Position numbers and translations under genes: made by a program | Part shown: piece after piece, positions 8,101-20,633 of the stretch | Layout: each line of letters begins with the position of its first letter | Numbering within the stretch: position 1 is the stretch's first letter | The notes under the pieces: model-generated | Told to the model about the DNA's origin: nothing | Database searches by the model: none | The model's input: only the letters and a program-made list of their open reading frames with translations | Origin: a virus | Taxonomy: Duplodnaviria > Caudoviricetes | Strand: one strand, 5' to 3' | Virus record (IMG/VR): IMGVR_UViG_3300022602_002355 | Coordinates: 1 to 57,815 of that record | DNA: 57,815 nt

Positions 8101-11012
8101 ATGTTTCGTTAACAGGTAATACTAGCACAAATGTTCCTAACAAGGGATGGGTTGATGAAAAATTAAGTCTATTTGGTATCTGGGCAACAGATTGGGACGG
8201 TATAACACCTCGTCCAAATTGGGGTAAAATGCAAGGGCCGTTAGACTTAGGCATGGATCCGATTACTGGCATTAGTACAGCAACACAAGCCGCAAGCAAG
8301 CGTTATGTTGATCAACGTGCTCAATTCTCAAGACTACCCGATGTAACATTAACAAATCCTGTTAATCAAGATTTAGTAATGTTCAGCAGTACAACCGTTC
8401 CATATAACACTGCAAGTCAGTACACTGTATGGTCAACAACTACTCAGGCTGTTAACGTTTCATTAAGCACAGCAACTATTACTAACACTTCTTCTGCAAA
8501 TGGCGGTGGCAGTGATGTAGCATTTACTCGTGTAAACAATACATTGACTATCAAACTAGTAGGCGGTAATGGAGCTAATAATCCAATTACTGACTACCAC
8601 GTTAATAACAATGCGGCTATTCAACAAAGCAAGTTAGCAATGCAGGCCGCAAATACTGCTCAAGTATCTGCTCCAAGATCATTTATACAAGCTGACTTAG
8701 GTTTAGCAACATTTGATCCATCATACTTTATGGCTACCAACGGTTGGGTTACATTTGACATCGGCAATAATGTTGTGCCAAATGCTACCAATACATACAA
8801 CCTAGGTAGCAACGCAGATCGTTGGGCAACTGTGTACGGTGTAAACGCAGACTTTACTGCTGGCACTACATTCCTTAGCACAACCACAGTCAACAATACG
8901 TTAACCGTTACACTGTCTACCAATGCAACTAACACAATGACAGGTGCATTAGTAGTAACAGGTGGTGTTGGTATCGGCCGAGATTTATGGATTGGTGGAA
9001 ACTTGTATGTTAATGGTAGTCGAACTATCATTAATTCAACTGCTATTGAAACAGGCGATGCATTAATTTATTTGTCAACCGCTACTTCTTCCGCAGTTGG
9101 TGCAAACAACAGCGGTATTGCTGTTGGTCCGGTAAGTACTCCTTGGATTACTTTCGAGTATGACGGTGTAGCTAACTTTGTATCAAGCAACGGTCTTAAA
9201 ACTTCGGGTGGTGTAGATTCAACAAGCATTACTACTGGTGATTTACAGATAGGTGGCGGTGTTGGTATTGGTAAGAATACCTATATGGGTGGAAGTTTAA
9301 ATGTTGCCCATGTAACTACATCCGGTTATGTTGTTGTAACAAATGATTTAACTGTATCTGGTAATGCTACTGTAACTAATACATTGAATGTTTCAAGCAC
9401 ATTTAATGTAGGTAATAAATTTAATGTACAGGCTGTTACTGGTAACTTAACAATCAATACTAATAAATTCCAAGTTGATGCTGGTACAGGTAATGTAATT
9501 ACAGCAGGCTCTATTGGAAGTACAGGATCATTTGTTGTAGGTGCTAGTAAATTTACTGTAGATGCTACTTCAGGTAATATTGTTGCGGCAGGTACTATTA
9601 CAGGTAATCTAGTACATACCTTAAGTTTCGATGGTTATTTAGGCAGTGGTTCATTTAATAACGGCAGTTCAGTATCAATTACAACTAACCAAAGTGCTAC
9701 TGGCGGTTCAAGTAACTTAGTTTCTCGTAATGCTAGTGGTGATGTAACAATTGGTGGTAATTTAACTGCAACCAATATCTGGGGTACATTAGAAACAGCT
9801 AGTCAGCCAAATGTAACAACAATGGCAGGATTAACTTCAGCAAGTGCCTTAGCAACAGTTGGCACAATTACATCCGGTGTATGGCACGGTAGTACTATTG
9901 ATAATACATACCTAACTAATAATACAATTAGTGGTATTGCATTAGGCAGTAATTTAGATAATCTAACAGCAGGAACTGGTATTACAATTGGTGGATCCGT
10001 TAGTGGAACATATAACGGTGGAACAGCTGAGACTATTGCCACTGTTCAAGATATTAGTACCAGTGCAAGTCCAACATTTAACGCATTAACAATTGGTGTG
10101 CTGGGTTCAAGCCAAGGAATTGTATTCACTAATGGCGGAGTACTTATTCCGTACACTAGTACAAATGTACGTCAGTTGACATTTGCACCAGAATCAGCTG
10201 TAAGCAACGGTGTTGCTGGTCAAGTAGATTTTGCTGTAGAAAATTTAAGCACTGCCGCAAACGGACAGGCGTCAGTATATGTTAGAGCAGACAATTCTGG
10301 CGCTAAAATACAACTGTTGGCGGCCAATAGTAATGCATCTACTCCAGTAAATAGCATGGGTGGATTGTATGGTACTAGCCCAAATGGTATGTTCCTTTGG
10401 GAGAATAGCAGTTGTCTTATGCAGTTCTTGGCCAGCGGAACTGGCGCGGCTTCTGCTTACAATGGACGTTCACCAGACAGCGTAGCTCAGTTAACAATCA
10501 ACGGAAGTTGGGACCATGCCAATGCATATAATCAAGCAACTGTTACAATTAATGGCGGATTAGGTGTAAGTGGAAAGATATATTCTGGTTCCGATATGTA
10601 TGCTACTATATTCCACGGTACCGCTACATCAGCATATTACGCTGACTTAGCAGAAAAATATCTAGCAGATGCTGACTGTGCACCAGGGACAGTTATGTCA
10701 TTTGGTGGTGTAGCAGAAGTTACAGCATCAGTAACTTATATGGACCGAAGAGTAGCGGGTGTTGTATCTACTAATCCTGCTCACTTAATGAATGACAAAT
10801 TAGAAGGCGGTATTGCTATTGCGTTAACAGGTCGCGTGCCATGTAAGGTTGTAGGTACAATTAAGAAAGGTGATATGTTAGTAGCAAGCGGCATCAAAGG
10901 TGTTGCTACATCAGATCCCGATCCTAAACTAGGAGCCGTAATAGGTAAAGCTCTCGAAGATTACAACAGTCAATCAATCGGGGTAATTGAAGTAGTAGTA
11001 GGGAGACTATAA
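2106..11012 (+). CDS. Giant baseplate/tail-fibre protein (2968 aa)
   Basis: N-terminal INIG..NDGTGDSIRDAFxKVNxNF motif as in T4 gp9/gp10-type baseplate proteins; repeated A.K.YVD motifs; Thr/Gly/Asn-rich beta regions; C-terminal ADLAE...GRVP chaperone-like domain. Confidence 0.8.
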   Translation: MAGQRTINIGNQSNDGTGDSIRDAFNKVNENFSDIYNLVGAGNGFSFLNLNEAPSYLRASNSASGQVTVLGINEFGTKILNKTMVAGTGMQLVLYDDTIIINSTSSNLSSESSPVLGGNLDGRNIYNLVNMDNNAPHHDYDAVSRKWVYDNFVNRDAETVYDTGAGSSSTIFYSSSTIRQNVSLLTTATTGTHLVNKFYADTKIGLAGTSTIDTFSGLPNPALGTMTGALLLFRDPVDTDHPSQAATKNYVDNSSFVSQVNFFVSLYGNDNRIDIPAYKKGRAWAYAFKTINQACYVAEQYLNSTQVTLGPYQKTISIYNEEEFVTLANLSTPSTSVLDASQFGITLTVGVPTALGSDAFQNGSLFPGNYIVGARSGATALIERITTGTESLGSFDYFERYDVVPVDYASSFPSDLEYQSGTTATTITYRFVTPNLIKIPSFWTDYGYTFRITSGSPDYATVSQGTVVETGYYTDVTTGYVYDTVTVDFTQGTWPTNTNNIINGNWHIYSGYGGTFDLGEELIWGQYQPREQITINIESGEHEDQYPIRVPNNVSLKGDEFRRSVVKPAKLYGSQISSISDSIFANTKFYRDTQVDGIIPVQLNTSTNYAQLLTDPISNATTATYAVPSAVVNSTQTNSTVFSVYEVGTNAEVYPPASWVGQVFQGGGGQGEITSVIGNTFAVNLAQNAEYVNELTVASGTQLFANGHYGTNNWYAVYEPINYGFHYLRDSSRYLDVLTTTTNNGGFLNAAAVLAENKKFIQTEVTDWFATNFSYSTATQELCYRDAGTIVDGLVSDLTTGGWWRTVNNGDSIVNYVTSLTTACVDTIYQIGVIAQYVLQNTTSTIYNSPRDFSSSITYNEKSYQVNVSTATALAVEVGWTIIDPTIPAGFSTITAVNTFTGVLTTDVEMIITPRLTLTSTATFVAQTLDGAYTSESGSYLALADLVQACARIVANDPAFNPPLYNDQMDVFLMNDSTMIRYLSCQGHGGFMKVLDPAGQILAKSPYTQTASSFSKSYNRHVFSGGMFVDGFTGNVTATPDPSQGSYAQLDSNNLPTKIAVYGLGRPDVYNTSTYVRPQTPCFFVNNGITYDVDFISEFDPVANYGVLNLNPDAAGGVKSFTFSAGSISGFAANTTTTLTFSSPQAPGGLAAYGTVTTNGTGVVTNVTVTFPGVGYESVPTFTIGGAFLGFSYNAGTGAISGYNIILPGTGYKVGTPVNFNTPQGGTAAAATVSSVNSSGGITGLTFSTHGTLYNSSNAPATYTFGTINYNNVTILTEVGYLGTLPTEITLVTAGNRSMLANDFTQLNDLGYGIFATNGGFIENVSMFSYYCHTSYYALNGAQLRTITGSSAYGDWGLVAEGSNPQEVPISVINKNPMVVEGTIVNTGNYITLAGASTIYVNCPAGYIPQLQSYVDILQDGYVYTYTVKSATSVADGSYSNLYSLAISYGAAGTGLADVAPLDGQGVTLRIGYDQELIGLQSSVISRPSTAMIFNENPNQVYKILSYTDEGNDTVIAEGNVAYDYIVLNPYTNIAGLGQQGIGNISWADKRYVGPSNTLPVGIINSGTGYASLGTYHVTFPTPPTITAQSNGVNGTNTAPVSVINITGASGTIHPGMIFTTTSLTAVIPANTYVSWANSTGSNVTTVRLNNNVYGLANSDHIGFVGVAATGTAHVSAINTIDYIQLTNHGAGYPNNVLYQTGTIDSPGGGGTQATVIGSVQGIIGSDSIKIAPLGSLDQARITTGLSASTPYYYYFGYLGKTYRITGYTPPSITGDASFGEIQFVLDSDGVSGLQDEIILPNAVIGIGGSNAGLQAGIGAGQTGNITVKISTLRATAHDMVDVGTGGYATSKIPNDLYGPPLQGPFQSQEVNMIGKGVVYYVTTDQDGNFRVGEYFNVDQGHGTVTISAPIGLSNVDSITFKRGDTTVNRFSTDGTMAANATTKVPVEQAIVTFVNKRLGLDQTGAVYQQSLLGPGFLDRTGLLPMTGNINMNSEAIINVSLTGNTSTNVPNKGWVDEKLSLFGIWATDWDGITPRPNWGKMQGPLDLGMDPITGISTATQAASKRYVDQRAQFSRLPDVTLTNPVNQDLVMFSSTTVPYNTASQYTVWSTTTQAVNVSLSTATITNTSSANGGGSDVAFTRVNNTLTIKLVGGNGANNPITDYHVNNNAAIQQSKLAMQAANTAQVSAPRSFIQADLGLATFDPSYFMATNGWVTFDIGNNVVPNATNTYNLGSNADRWATVYGVNADFTAGTTFLSTTTVNNTLTVTLSTNATNTMTGALVVTGGVGIGRDLWIGGNLYVNGSRTIINSTAIETGDALIYLSTATSSAVGANNSGIAVGPVSTPWITFEYDGVANFVSSNGLKTSGGVDSTSITTGDLQIGGGVGIGKNTYMGGSLNVAHVTTSGYVVVTNDLTVSGNATVTNTLNVSSTFNVGNKFNVQAVTGNLTINTNKFQVDAGTGNVITAGSIGSTGSFVVGASKFTVDATSGNIVAAGTITGNLVHTLSFDGYLGSGSFNNGSSVSITTNQSATGGSSNLVSRNASGDVTIGGNLTATNIWGTLETASQPNVTTMAGLTSASALATVGTITSGVWHGSTIDNTYLTNNTISGIALGSNLDNLTAGTGITIGGSVSGTYNGGTAETIATVQDISTSASPTFNALTIGVLGSSQGIVFTNGGVLIPYTSTNVRQLTFAPESAVSNGVAGQVDFAVENLSTAANGQASVYVRADNSGAKIQLLAANSNASTPVNSMGGLYGTSPNGMFLWENSSCLMQFLASGTGAASAYNGRSPDSVAQLTINGSWDHANAYNQATVTINGGLGVSGKIYSGSDMYATIFHGTATSAYYADLAEKYLADADCAPGTVMSFGGVAEVTASVTYMDRRVAGVVSTNPAHLMNDKLEGGIAIALTGRVPCKVVGTIKKGDMLVASGIKGVATSDPDPKLGAVIGKALEDYNSQSIGVIEVVVGRL

Positions 11013-11668
11013 TGACATATCAATGGACAACAGCGACGAACTTAATCAACTTAGGTTCGTCACCTAACTCAGGCGACGGCGATAGCATTCGTGTTGCATT
11101 TGCTAAAGTTAACAACACATTTTTAGGATTGTTTACTGCAACTGCTACTGTTCTTCCAGCAACAAATAGTGTTGCAGGTGTTGTTATACCTGGAACAGGA
11201 TTATCAGTAGCACCTGATGGTACTTTATCGGTTACAGGTGCCGCTACTACTTCGACTGTTAATATCATCGACAATGCAGGTAGTGAGGCAATTGATATTC
11301 GAGCATATAGTGGAAGTTTTACATTACCGTCAAACACATCGACATTTGTATCACTTTTTACATTTAGTAACGTAGTTTATAGAGGAGCCGAAGTAGATAT
11401 TATAGCAAATAATACTACAGACAATACATTAGATTCTGCAACCAGTTACATGATAACTTACTTTAATGGGCATGCTACTACAGTGGGCATGAGTCCTACT
11501 TCTGTAAATACATCAGGTGCAGTAACAACCGCTATTTGGGAAATAGGCACTGCTACAGTTAATACAGCAACTAATGGAGTCAGTGTTAACTTGTACAATG
11601 TTAGCGGTTCAACTGCTACTAACCATGTGTACACTTGGCGAGCAAAAGTAACATTATTTAGATTGTAA
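11012..11668 (+). CDS. Baseplate/tail structural protein
   Basis: Same N-terminal motif (INLG..PNSGDGDSIRVAFAKVN); TAATG coupling to upstream gene. Confidence 0.75.
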   Translation: MTYQWTTATNLINLGSSPNSGDGDSIRVAFAKVNNTFLGLFTATATVLPATNSVAGVVIPGTGLSVAPDGTLSVTGAATTSTVNIIDNAGSEAIDIRAYSGSFTLPSNTSTFVSLFTFSNVVYRGAEVDIIANNTTDNTLDSATSYMITYFNGHATTVGMSPTSVNTSGAVTTAIWEIGTATVNTATNGVSVNLYNVSGSTATNHVYTWRAKVTLFRL

Positions 11669-11671
11669 AAT

Positions 11672-14329
11672 ATGAGCGCACCAATTTGGTATACACCTTC
11701 TGGGTTTTTAGGAACAGCTACAGAACGAACAGCACAATCAATTCCGATTGTAGTTCAAGACTTTGGCCAAGCTGTTAACTTTTCTGTTATATCAGGAAAT
11801 TTACCTTCTGGACTAGTGTTAGATAAAGCTACTACGTCAACTAATATAATAGTTCCTAATCCAGACACAGGTGCTCTTACGACTGTGTCAGGTACAGTTT
11901 GTTTTATTGTAGGTGACCCTACAAGTGTTCCTAGCGTAATTAATTCTAAATTTGTTATTAGAGCATCTAATTCAGATGGCATCGCAGACGCCACATTCAA
12001 CATAGATGTGTTAGGTGAAGTTGCACCTGAGTGGGTAACAGATGGCGGAATGTTACCGATAGGTACTACTGGAGAATTATTTACAGTTAATCAAGAGCAG
12101 GTAAATTATCAATTAGTAGCAGAAGCAAATGTTTTAGAAAAAGGCCAACAATTAATTTATTTTATTGCAGATGGCGATGGTCAATTACCTCCCGGATTAG
12201 TATTAAGTGAGTCTGGTATTATTTCAGGTGTTGTTACAGAAGATTTAACTATCCCAACTTCGTCTTATCTAGCAGGGTACGACACATCTTATTACGATGC
12301 ATATCCATATGATGTAGTGTCTAAAGTAGGTGACCTAAGTACTGCTCCTAAATTTTATACAAAGATCTATCAATTTTATGTAACAGCTAGCGATGGTTTT
12401 AATAGTTCTAGAAGATTGTTTTCTATTCAATTATTTGATTCTAACAGCCTACGTGCTGATACTTCATACATTTCTGCCGATTCGGGATTCTTTGCAAGCG
12501 ATGGTTACTTGTTTGCACCTAACTGGTTGAGTCCAGTTAACTTAGGAACTAGACGTGCTGGTAATTATCAAATAATTGAAATTGGGACCTATGATCCATT
12601 CCCAAGTACAGGTCCTGTAACATTTGATTGGACTAGTGTAAGCGTTAATCCACAGATACGAGGAGTTGCTAATGGTGCAATAGATCCTAATACAGGTAGA
12701 CAGACACAAAATTTAGTCGGTGCTAGTATATTGTATCTAGAGAACATTACTACATTACCTAGTACGGGTCAATATTTTAGATTAGATTCATATGTGGCGG
12801 GTGCAGATTCAACTGAATACGAAATTGTATCAGTAACTGATACTGGCAATGGTACATGCTATCTAACATTCCAATATAACCCTGTGTTGTCAAATGGTGT
12901 AGTTATATACTCAACTTCATTAAAAACAACAATTCCAGATCAAACTAATTTGTACTTTGGTTCATTATCTAAACATCCAGATGGATTTAGTTTAGATTCT
13001 GCATCAGGCGACCTATATGGTCAAATTCCATATCTACCATCCTATAGTCTAACATATCAGTTTACAGTTAGAATGACTAAAACTGATGCGGTAACAGGAA
13101 ACGTTGTTAAGAGTGATAGGGTATTCTTAATGACTCTTAAAGGTAATATTGATAGTACAATGCAATGGATTACCGGAGATAGTCCAGGTGCCCTAAAGCC
13201 AGGATACACAAGTGAACTGTATATTCAAGCAGAGCATACCAATGCCACCGATGTTGCTGTACAATATACACTAGTGGGCGGAGAACTTCCTACCGGTTTA
13301 GAACTAATGCGTGATGGTACCATTGTAGGTACTGTTCCATATAACGGATTAACCTATGTCGATTATACCAGTACAACTCCATTTACAATTGATGGTGGTG
13401 CAACAACTATCGATAGACATGCTAGTTTCACTGTTACAGCTAACGATGTATATAGACTAAGTTCATTAACAAAAACTTTTTATATAGATTTACAAGATCA
13501 AGATTTTGGTAATACACAATTTAGTAATATCTATGTAAGACCGTTCCTTGCTAAGTCTGTAAGACAATCGTACAGAGATTTTGTGTTAAGCAAAACAACA
13601 TTTGATCCTACCACTATATATCGTCCTAGTGATCCCAAGTTTGGTATACAAAATCAAATTGCAATGACAATTGAGTTTGGTATACAAAGATTACAACTTG
13701 CAGATTATGTAGCGTGTCTACAAGAATATTTTTATAATAAACGTTTCTATTTTGGCGATGTTAAATCTGTAATGGCACAAGATGAGAATGGTAAGAATGT
13801 ATATGAATTAGTCTATGTAGATATTATCGATTCTGCACAGAATTCAGCAGGCGCAAGTCCTAATGATGTTACTGTTTTAGTAAATCAACAATTACAAGAC
13901 GTATATGTTAACAGTTTAGATAACTGGCAAGGAAGATTAGAAGGTGTTACTATTAATGGCGATACTATTCTCACTGACGAATATCTAAGACCTAGATATA
14001 TGCGCACACTTCAAGCAAATGGCCAGCCATTAGGATTTATTAAGGCAGTGCCAATTTGTTATGTTAAACCTGGCTACGGTGCAAGTACCGTAGAGAAAAT
14101 AAACTTAACAGGTTTTGATTTTAAATTAATTGACTTTGAAGTTGATAGATTAATCATAGATCAAACCATAGATTATACCAGTGATAAATATCTCAAGTTC
14201 CCAGCTACTGGAGAAACTTTCATTCCAGACGGTACTCAACCACTGGATCCGTTGGCTGGTCCAGACGGTATTATATTGGAAGCAGAAGACGGAACCGATC
14301 TATTCACACAAGGCGATATAGTTAAATGA
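11672..14329 (+). CDS. Putative Ig-like repeat virion/baseplate protein
   Basis: Repeated GxLPxGLxL...GxIxG units ([22 protein letters not shown]). Confidence 0.7.
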   Translation: MSAPIWYTPSGFLGTATERTAQSIPIVVQDFGQAVNFSVISGNLPSGLVLDKATTSTNIIVPNPDTGALTTVSGTVCFIVGDPTSVPSVINSKFVIRASNSDGIADATFNIDVLGEVAPEWVTDGGMLPIGTTGELFTVNQEQVNYQLVAEANVLEKGQQLIYFIADGDGQLPPGLVLSESGIISGVVTEDLTIPTSSYLAGYDTSYYDAYPYDVVSKVGDLSTAPKFYTKIYQFYVTASDGFNSSRRLFSIQLFDSNSLRADTSYISADSGFFASDGYLFAPNWLSPVNLGTRRAGNYQIIEIGTYDPFPSTGPVTFDWTSVSVNPQIRGVANGAIDPNTGRQTQNLVGASILYLENITTLPSTGQYFRLDSYVAGADSTEYEIVSVTDTGNGTCYLTFQYNPVLSNGVVIYSTSLKTTIPDQTNLYFGSLSKHPDGFSLDSASGDLYGQIPYLPSYSLTYQFTVRMTKTDAVTGNVVKSDRVFLMTLKGNIDSTMQWITGDSPGALKPGYTSELYIQAEHTNATDVAVQYTLVGGELPTGLELMRDGTIVGTVPYNGLTYVDYTSTTPFTIDGGATTIDRHASFTVTANDVYRLSSLTKTFYIDLQDQDFGNTQFSNIYVRPFLAKSVRQSYRDFVLSKTTFDPTTIYRPSDPKFGIQNQIAMTIEFGIQRLQLADYVACLQEYFYNKRFYFGDVKSVMAQDENGKNVYELVYVDIIDSAQNSAGASPNDVTVLVNQQLQDVYVNSLDNWQGRLEGVTINGDTILTDEYLRPRYMRTLQANGQPLGFIKAVPICYVKPGYGASTVEKINLTGFDFKLIDFEVDRLIIDQTIDYTSDKYLKFPATGETFIPDGTQPLDPLAGPDGIILEAEDGTDLFTQGDIVK
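14184..14190 (+). promoter_or_regulatory. Late promoter embedded in a gene end
   Basis: ATAAATA within the DKY codons, about 135 nt before the collagen gene. Confidence 0.4.
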
Positions 14330-17300
14330 GTACAATTAGTAATCTACCGATAATTTCAACAATAACTAACACCGTTATCATTCCGGTAGTAGACACTTAT
14401 TCGCCAATTGAACAAACTAAACAGGCTACAGTAGGACAAATACAAGCATTTATTAGTAAGAGTATTTCACAAGGTGCAACAGGTTTGCAAGGAACAACAG
14501 GTGCCACAGGAGCAACAGGTGCAGGTGCTACTGGCGCTACTGGAGCAACAGGTGCTACAGGACCAAATGGTCCAATTGGTAGTACAGGTGCTACAGGACA
14601 AGGAGCAACAGGTGCTACAGGACCTACAAGTACAGTTCCTGGTCCAAGTGGTGCTACTGGTGCTACTGGAGAAGGCGCCACTGGTGCTACTGGTCTAAGA
14701 GGATTACAAGGTTATGTAGGAGCAACTGGTGTTCAGGGTGCTACTGGGGCAGGTGCTACAGGTGCTACAGGTATCGGTAGTACAGGTGCAACCGGTAGTC
14801 AAGGTGCTACAGGTCCAGCGGGTGCTACTGGTGCAGGTGCAACAGGCGCTACAGGTATTGGTAGCACAGGTGCTACTGGTGTACAAGGAAATGTTGGAGC
14901 CACAGGTGCAACCGGTGGTGTTGGTGCTACTGGAGTAGCAGGCCAAGGCGGCACTGGAGCAACAGGCGCTACAGGTGCAACAGGCCCACAAGGAAATGTA
15001 GGTCCTGTCGGAGCTACAGGTAGTACAGGTGCTACTGGTATACAAGGAACAACGGGTGCTACTGGTGTAGGATTTAAAATTAACGCATATGGCAATTATC
15101 CTAGTCCAGATGATAGAACACAATATAATAATTCAGGAACTGGGTTTGTATTTTTAGCAACCAATACAAACTTTTTATATATTTTACAATCAACTTCAAC
15201 ATGGGGACCTCCTGTGTTGTTTGGTGCAATTGGTAGTACAGGTGCCACTGGATATAACGGTGCTACAGGTGCAAGTGGTACAGGGTATCTATGGACAACA
15301 TACGATGCAGGTGGGGTAACACCATTTGACGGAGAAACTTCCACCCTTACTATTAACAATTACAATACATCTACGTTTGGTTATCAAACAGGTTCACGAG
15401 TACGTGCAAGTGTTCAAGCAGATTACACACAATGGTTTGAAGGACAGATTGATCTAGTAGATTACGTACACGGAATTATACAAGTACAAGTAGATAGAAT
15501 TGCAGGAGTTGCAAGTACAACAAGTTACAATTTATCAATTTCAGGAGAAATTGGTAGCACTGGATTTGAAGGTAATCAAGGAAGTACCGGAGCCACAGGT
15601 AGTGGTGCTACCGGAGCCACAGGGGCTACTGGCGCAACTGGTGCCACAGGACCATTAGGTCCAATCGGTGCTACAGGCGCATCAGGTGCTACAGGTAGTA
15701 TCGGTGCTACAGGTAGTACAGGTGCTACAGGACCACAAGGAGCGACAGGATTAGGAGCGACAGGTGCCACAGGTATGTTCGGTGCTACAGGTGCTACTGG
15801 TCAATATGGTAGTACAGGTGCTACCGGTCCATTAGGAGGAACAGGTGCTACCGGAGCTACTGGTGTACAAGGTGCTACCGGTTATCAAGGAAGTACGGGT
15901 GCGCAAGGAAGTACTGGCGCTACAGGAATCGGAGCAAGTGGTGCTACTGGAGCAACAGGAGCAACAGGAGTACAAGGTGCTACAGGACCTAATGGTGCTA
16001 CTGGTGCCACTGGCCAAGGTTTTCCTGGTGCTACAGGTGCCACTGGCGGTCCTGGTTCCACAGGTGCTACTGGGTTTGGTGCTACTGGTGCTACTGGTCT
16101 TAATGGACAGAACGGCGGACCTGGTGCTACTGGTGCTACTGGCTCGGGTGCTACTGGTGCTACTGGTGCAAGCGGATTTGCAGGAACTAGTGTTATAATT
16201 ATAGGCAGTGTTTCTACTAGTACTGATTTACCATATCCATATACAGGTGCTACTGGTAATTCTTATATTAACCAAGGCGATGGAAATCTTTACGAATGGT
16301 TAGGAACATGGACTAACGTAGGTACTATTGTTGGTGTAGGTGCTACAGGTGCTGTTGGACAAACAGGTGCTACTGGTTTAGGTACTACCGGCGCTACTGG
16401 TGCTTTTGGTTCTACTGGTGCTACTGGTCAGCAAGGTGCTACTGGAAATGCAGGGGATGTAGGAGCATCAGGCCCTACAGGTGCTACTGGTGCTACAGGT
16501 GTAGGTGCTACTGGCGCTTCTGGTTTACCTGGTGCTACAGGTAGTGGTGCTACTGGCGCTACAGGACCATACGGCGCTTCTGGCGCTACTGGGCCATTAG
16601 GTTCTACAGGTGCTACTGGATTAGGTGCTACAGGTGCCACTGGCCCGCAAGGTGCCACTGGACAAACTGGTCCATCAGTTATATCAACTACGGCAAATGC
16701 ATTATATGTATTTGATTTAAATTCTGGTTCGTATGTAGGCGGATCCGTTGGTAATAATGCATCTTCAATTGTTGCTAGAGATTCAACTGGTACTATTAAC
16801 GCTACTACAATTAATGCTACCACGGTTAATGCTACAACATATAACGGAACAGTAGGACAAGCAAATAATCTGTATGTAACCGACGGAGGTTATTATCAGG
16901 TCGGTGAAATCAGCGGACTTTACAATTCATTAATTAATCAATTTACCACAGGAACTATAGTTGCAAGAGACGGTAACGGAACGATCTACAGTAACGGAAT
17001 GGTTATTGCAGACGGGAATGATCTTATTTGGGTAACCGGTGGAGCATCTAATTACGAAACACTAGGTTCTAGTATTTCTGTAAATAGAATTCAAGCAAAT
17101 AGCGGTTTTGGAATGTCATTAGTCAGCGACGGTGGTGGTTTTAAATTATACACCGGCGGAGTTGAATCAGTGGTTATTAGTACCGGAACTGTAACTGCTA
17201 AAGTGTTTACTGCTAACATATTTGCTGGTACTGCTACCAGTGCTTATTATGCTGACTTGGCAGAAATTTATGCAACAGATCAAGTATATCCAGCAGGCAC

Positions 17301-17591
17301 AGTAGTTCGAGTAGGCGGAAGTGCCGAAGTTACTGCTATTACTACAAGCGAATGTTATGTACTAGGTGCAATTAGTACCAATCCTGCTTATCTAATGAAT
17401 AGAGATGCTCCAGGTCAACCTGTTGCACTAACTGGTCGAGTGCCTATGTTATTAGCAGGACCAGTTAAGAAAGGCGATCCAATTTGGCCATATGCAAATG
17501 GTGCTGGTTGGAATCAAGACAACGGTAAACAGCCATTTGCGTTTGCCCTAGAGGACGGTGGTCCTGGACTAGTGGAGTGTGTAATTAAATA

Positions 17592-17592
<1 letters not shown>
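14326..17592 (+). CDS. Collagen-like fibre protein with C-terminal ADLAE/GRVP domain
   Basis: Several long Gly-X-Y (mostly GAT) blocks separated by globular inserts; [12 protein letters not shown]-terminal domain. Confidence 0.85.
14473..16672 (+). repeat. Degenerate 9-nt coding repeats (GGTGCTACW, Gly-Ala-Thr)
   Basis: Dense imperfect tandem units inside the CDS, interrupted by non-repeat inserts. Confidence 0.85.
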
Positions 17593-19037
<1,445 letters not shown>

Positions 19038-19038
19038 C

Positions 19039-20604
19039 ATGCTACAAAGATATTTTGTTACTGTAGATCATCCAGACTACAAAACTGATGTTCATACAGA
19101 ATTACAAGCATACCAAGGTAGCTCTACTATTCCTGTAAGATCAGTACAATGTATTGATTCGTGCGATGGTAGTGAATACAACGGCATATTCATGCTTTCT
19201 GCAGATGAGGCCGCGCAACTTGTAAATGATCCTAGAGTACGAGCAGTAGAACAACCTGCGGCTGATCGAGGATTATATCCATCACATTCAGGAAGCCGAT
19301 CAGGTCCATTTGATAGATCAAGCACAGTTACCTATGGTTTAAAAAATTGGGCATTGAGTAGATGTATCAATAACTATGATAATTTTTCTTCATTCTCTAG
19401 CACATCAACTCCATACACATACAATTTAGATGGCACCGGTGTTGATATTATTATTATGGATACAGGTGTCGAAGCCGGTCATCCAGAGCTAGCAGTTAAC
19501 TCAAATGGAACAGGAGGTAGCAGAGTTGTTAATTGGGACTGGACTCAATACGGTTTCATTAGTTCTGCACCAACAGGCGGATTTTTAGGGGATTGGGACG
19601 GACACGGTAGTAATGTTGCAACTATTGCGGCAGGTAACACTTGCGGATGGGCGCCGGGGGCCGCAGTATATTCATTAAGAGTAGTAGGTAGCGATTCCGG
19701 TAATGTACTAGATATAACTACAAAGTCTACTTTAGGATTAGTAGATGAATTCAGTGCCTGGGAAAGTATCCGTGCATTTCATCTTGCTAAAACACCTACC
19801 AGTACAGGATACATTAGACCAACAATAGTATCGTGCAGTTACGCATACAATTATTCATTTAGCACCATCAAGAGTGTTAATTACAGAGGTACAACTTATA
19901 CAACTAGTACATTCAATGCTAATTACGGGTTGATCAAATCGTTAACTAGTACGTTTGGTGCTAGAATATCATACATCGAAGCAGAAATAGAAAGTTGTAT
20001 TGCGGCAGGAATTGTAGTAGTAGGTGCCGCAGGCAATAACAGTATGAAAGTAGATGTGCCAACTGGAATTGATTATAATAATTATTATGTGGATAATTCA
20101 AATACTACATATTATTATCATCAAGGAAATACACCAAGTGCTACACCCGGATGCATCTGTGTAGGGGCTACTGATATTTACGCACCAGATCATAAGGTAT
20201 ATTTTAGTGCCACTGGTCCTAGAGTTGATATTTTTGCACCAGGTGTGGAAATTATGGGTGCATATAGTAATACCAATTACATTGTGGCCGCAGTACAAGA
20301 TGGCAGAAATACATCATATTACCTAAATAAAATATCAGGCACTAGTCAAGCAACACCTAATGTTACTGGTTTAAGTGCATTGCTGTTAAGTTTACGTCCT
20401 TGGTACACAGCAACTAATGTATTAAATTGGATTAATTCTGTGTCATCTAAAGGTCAACTTAATGAGAGTTATTACACAGGCTATACTTTAGGTGGTGTAA
20501 ACATTGGAGTCGGAACTTATACAAATTTAGCAAGTTTGCAAGGTGCAACTAACGGATATCTATATATGCCGTTTAATTCTGCAACACCCGGCAATATCAG
20601 CTGA
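19039..20604 (+). CDS. Subtilisin-like serine protease (S8)
   Basis: Catalytic motifs DIIIMDTG, DGHGSNVA, AAGN, SGTSQATP. Confidence 0.9.
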   Translation: MLQRYFVTVDHPDYKTDVHTELQAYQGSSTIPVRSVQCIDSCDGSEYNGIFMLSADEAAQLVNDPRVRAVEQPAADRGLYPSHSGSRSGPFDRSSTVTYGLKNWALSRCINNYDNFSSFSSTSTPYTYNLDGTGVDIIIMDTGVEAGHPELAVNSNGTGGSRVVNWDWTQYGFISSAPTGGFLGDWDGHGSNVATIAAGNTCGWAPGAAVYSLRVVGSDSGNVLDITTKSTLGLVDEFSAWESIRAFHLAKTPTSTGYIRPTIVSCSYAYNYSFSTIKSVNYRGTTYTTSTFNANYGLIKSLTSTFGARISYIEAEIESCIAAGIVVVGAAGNNSMKVDVPTGIDYNNYYVDNSNTTYYYHQGNTPSATPGCICVGATDIYAPDHKVYFSATGPRVDIFAPGVEIMGAYSNTNYIVAAVQDGRNTSYYLNKISGTSQATPNVTGLSALLLSLRPWYTATNVLNWINSVSSKGQLNESYYTGYTLGGVNIGVGTYTNLASLQGATNGYLYMPFNSATPGNIS

Positions 20605-20610
20605 TAAATA
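20604..20610 (+). promoter_or_regulatory. Late promoter
   Basis: ATAAATA 23 nt upstream of ATG 20634. Confidence 0.6.
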
Positions 20611-20633
20611 GATAACAACTGTGAGACATTCAA

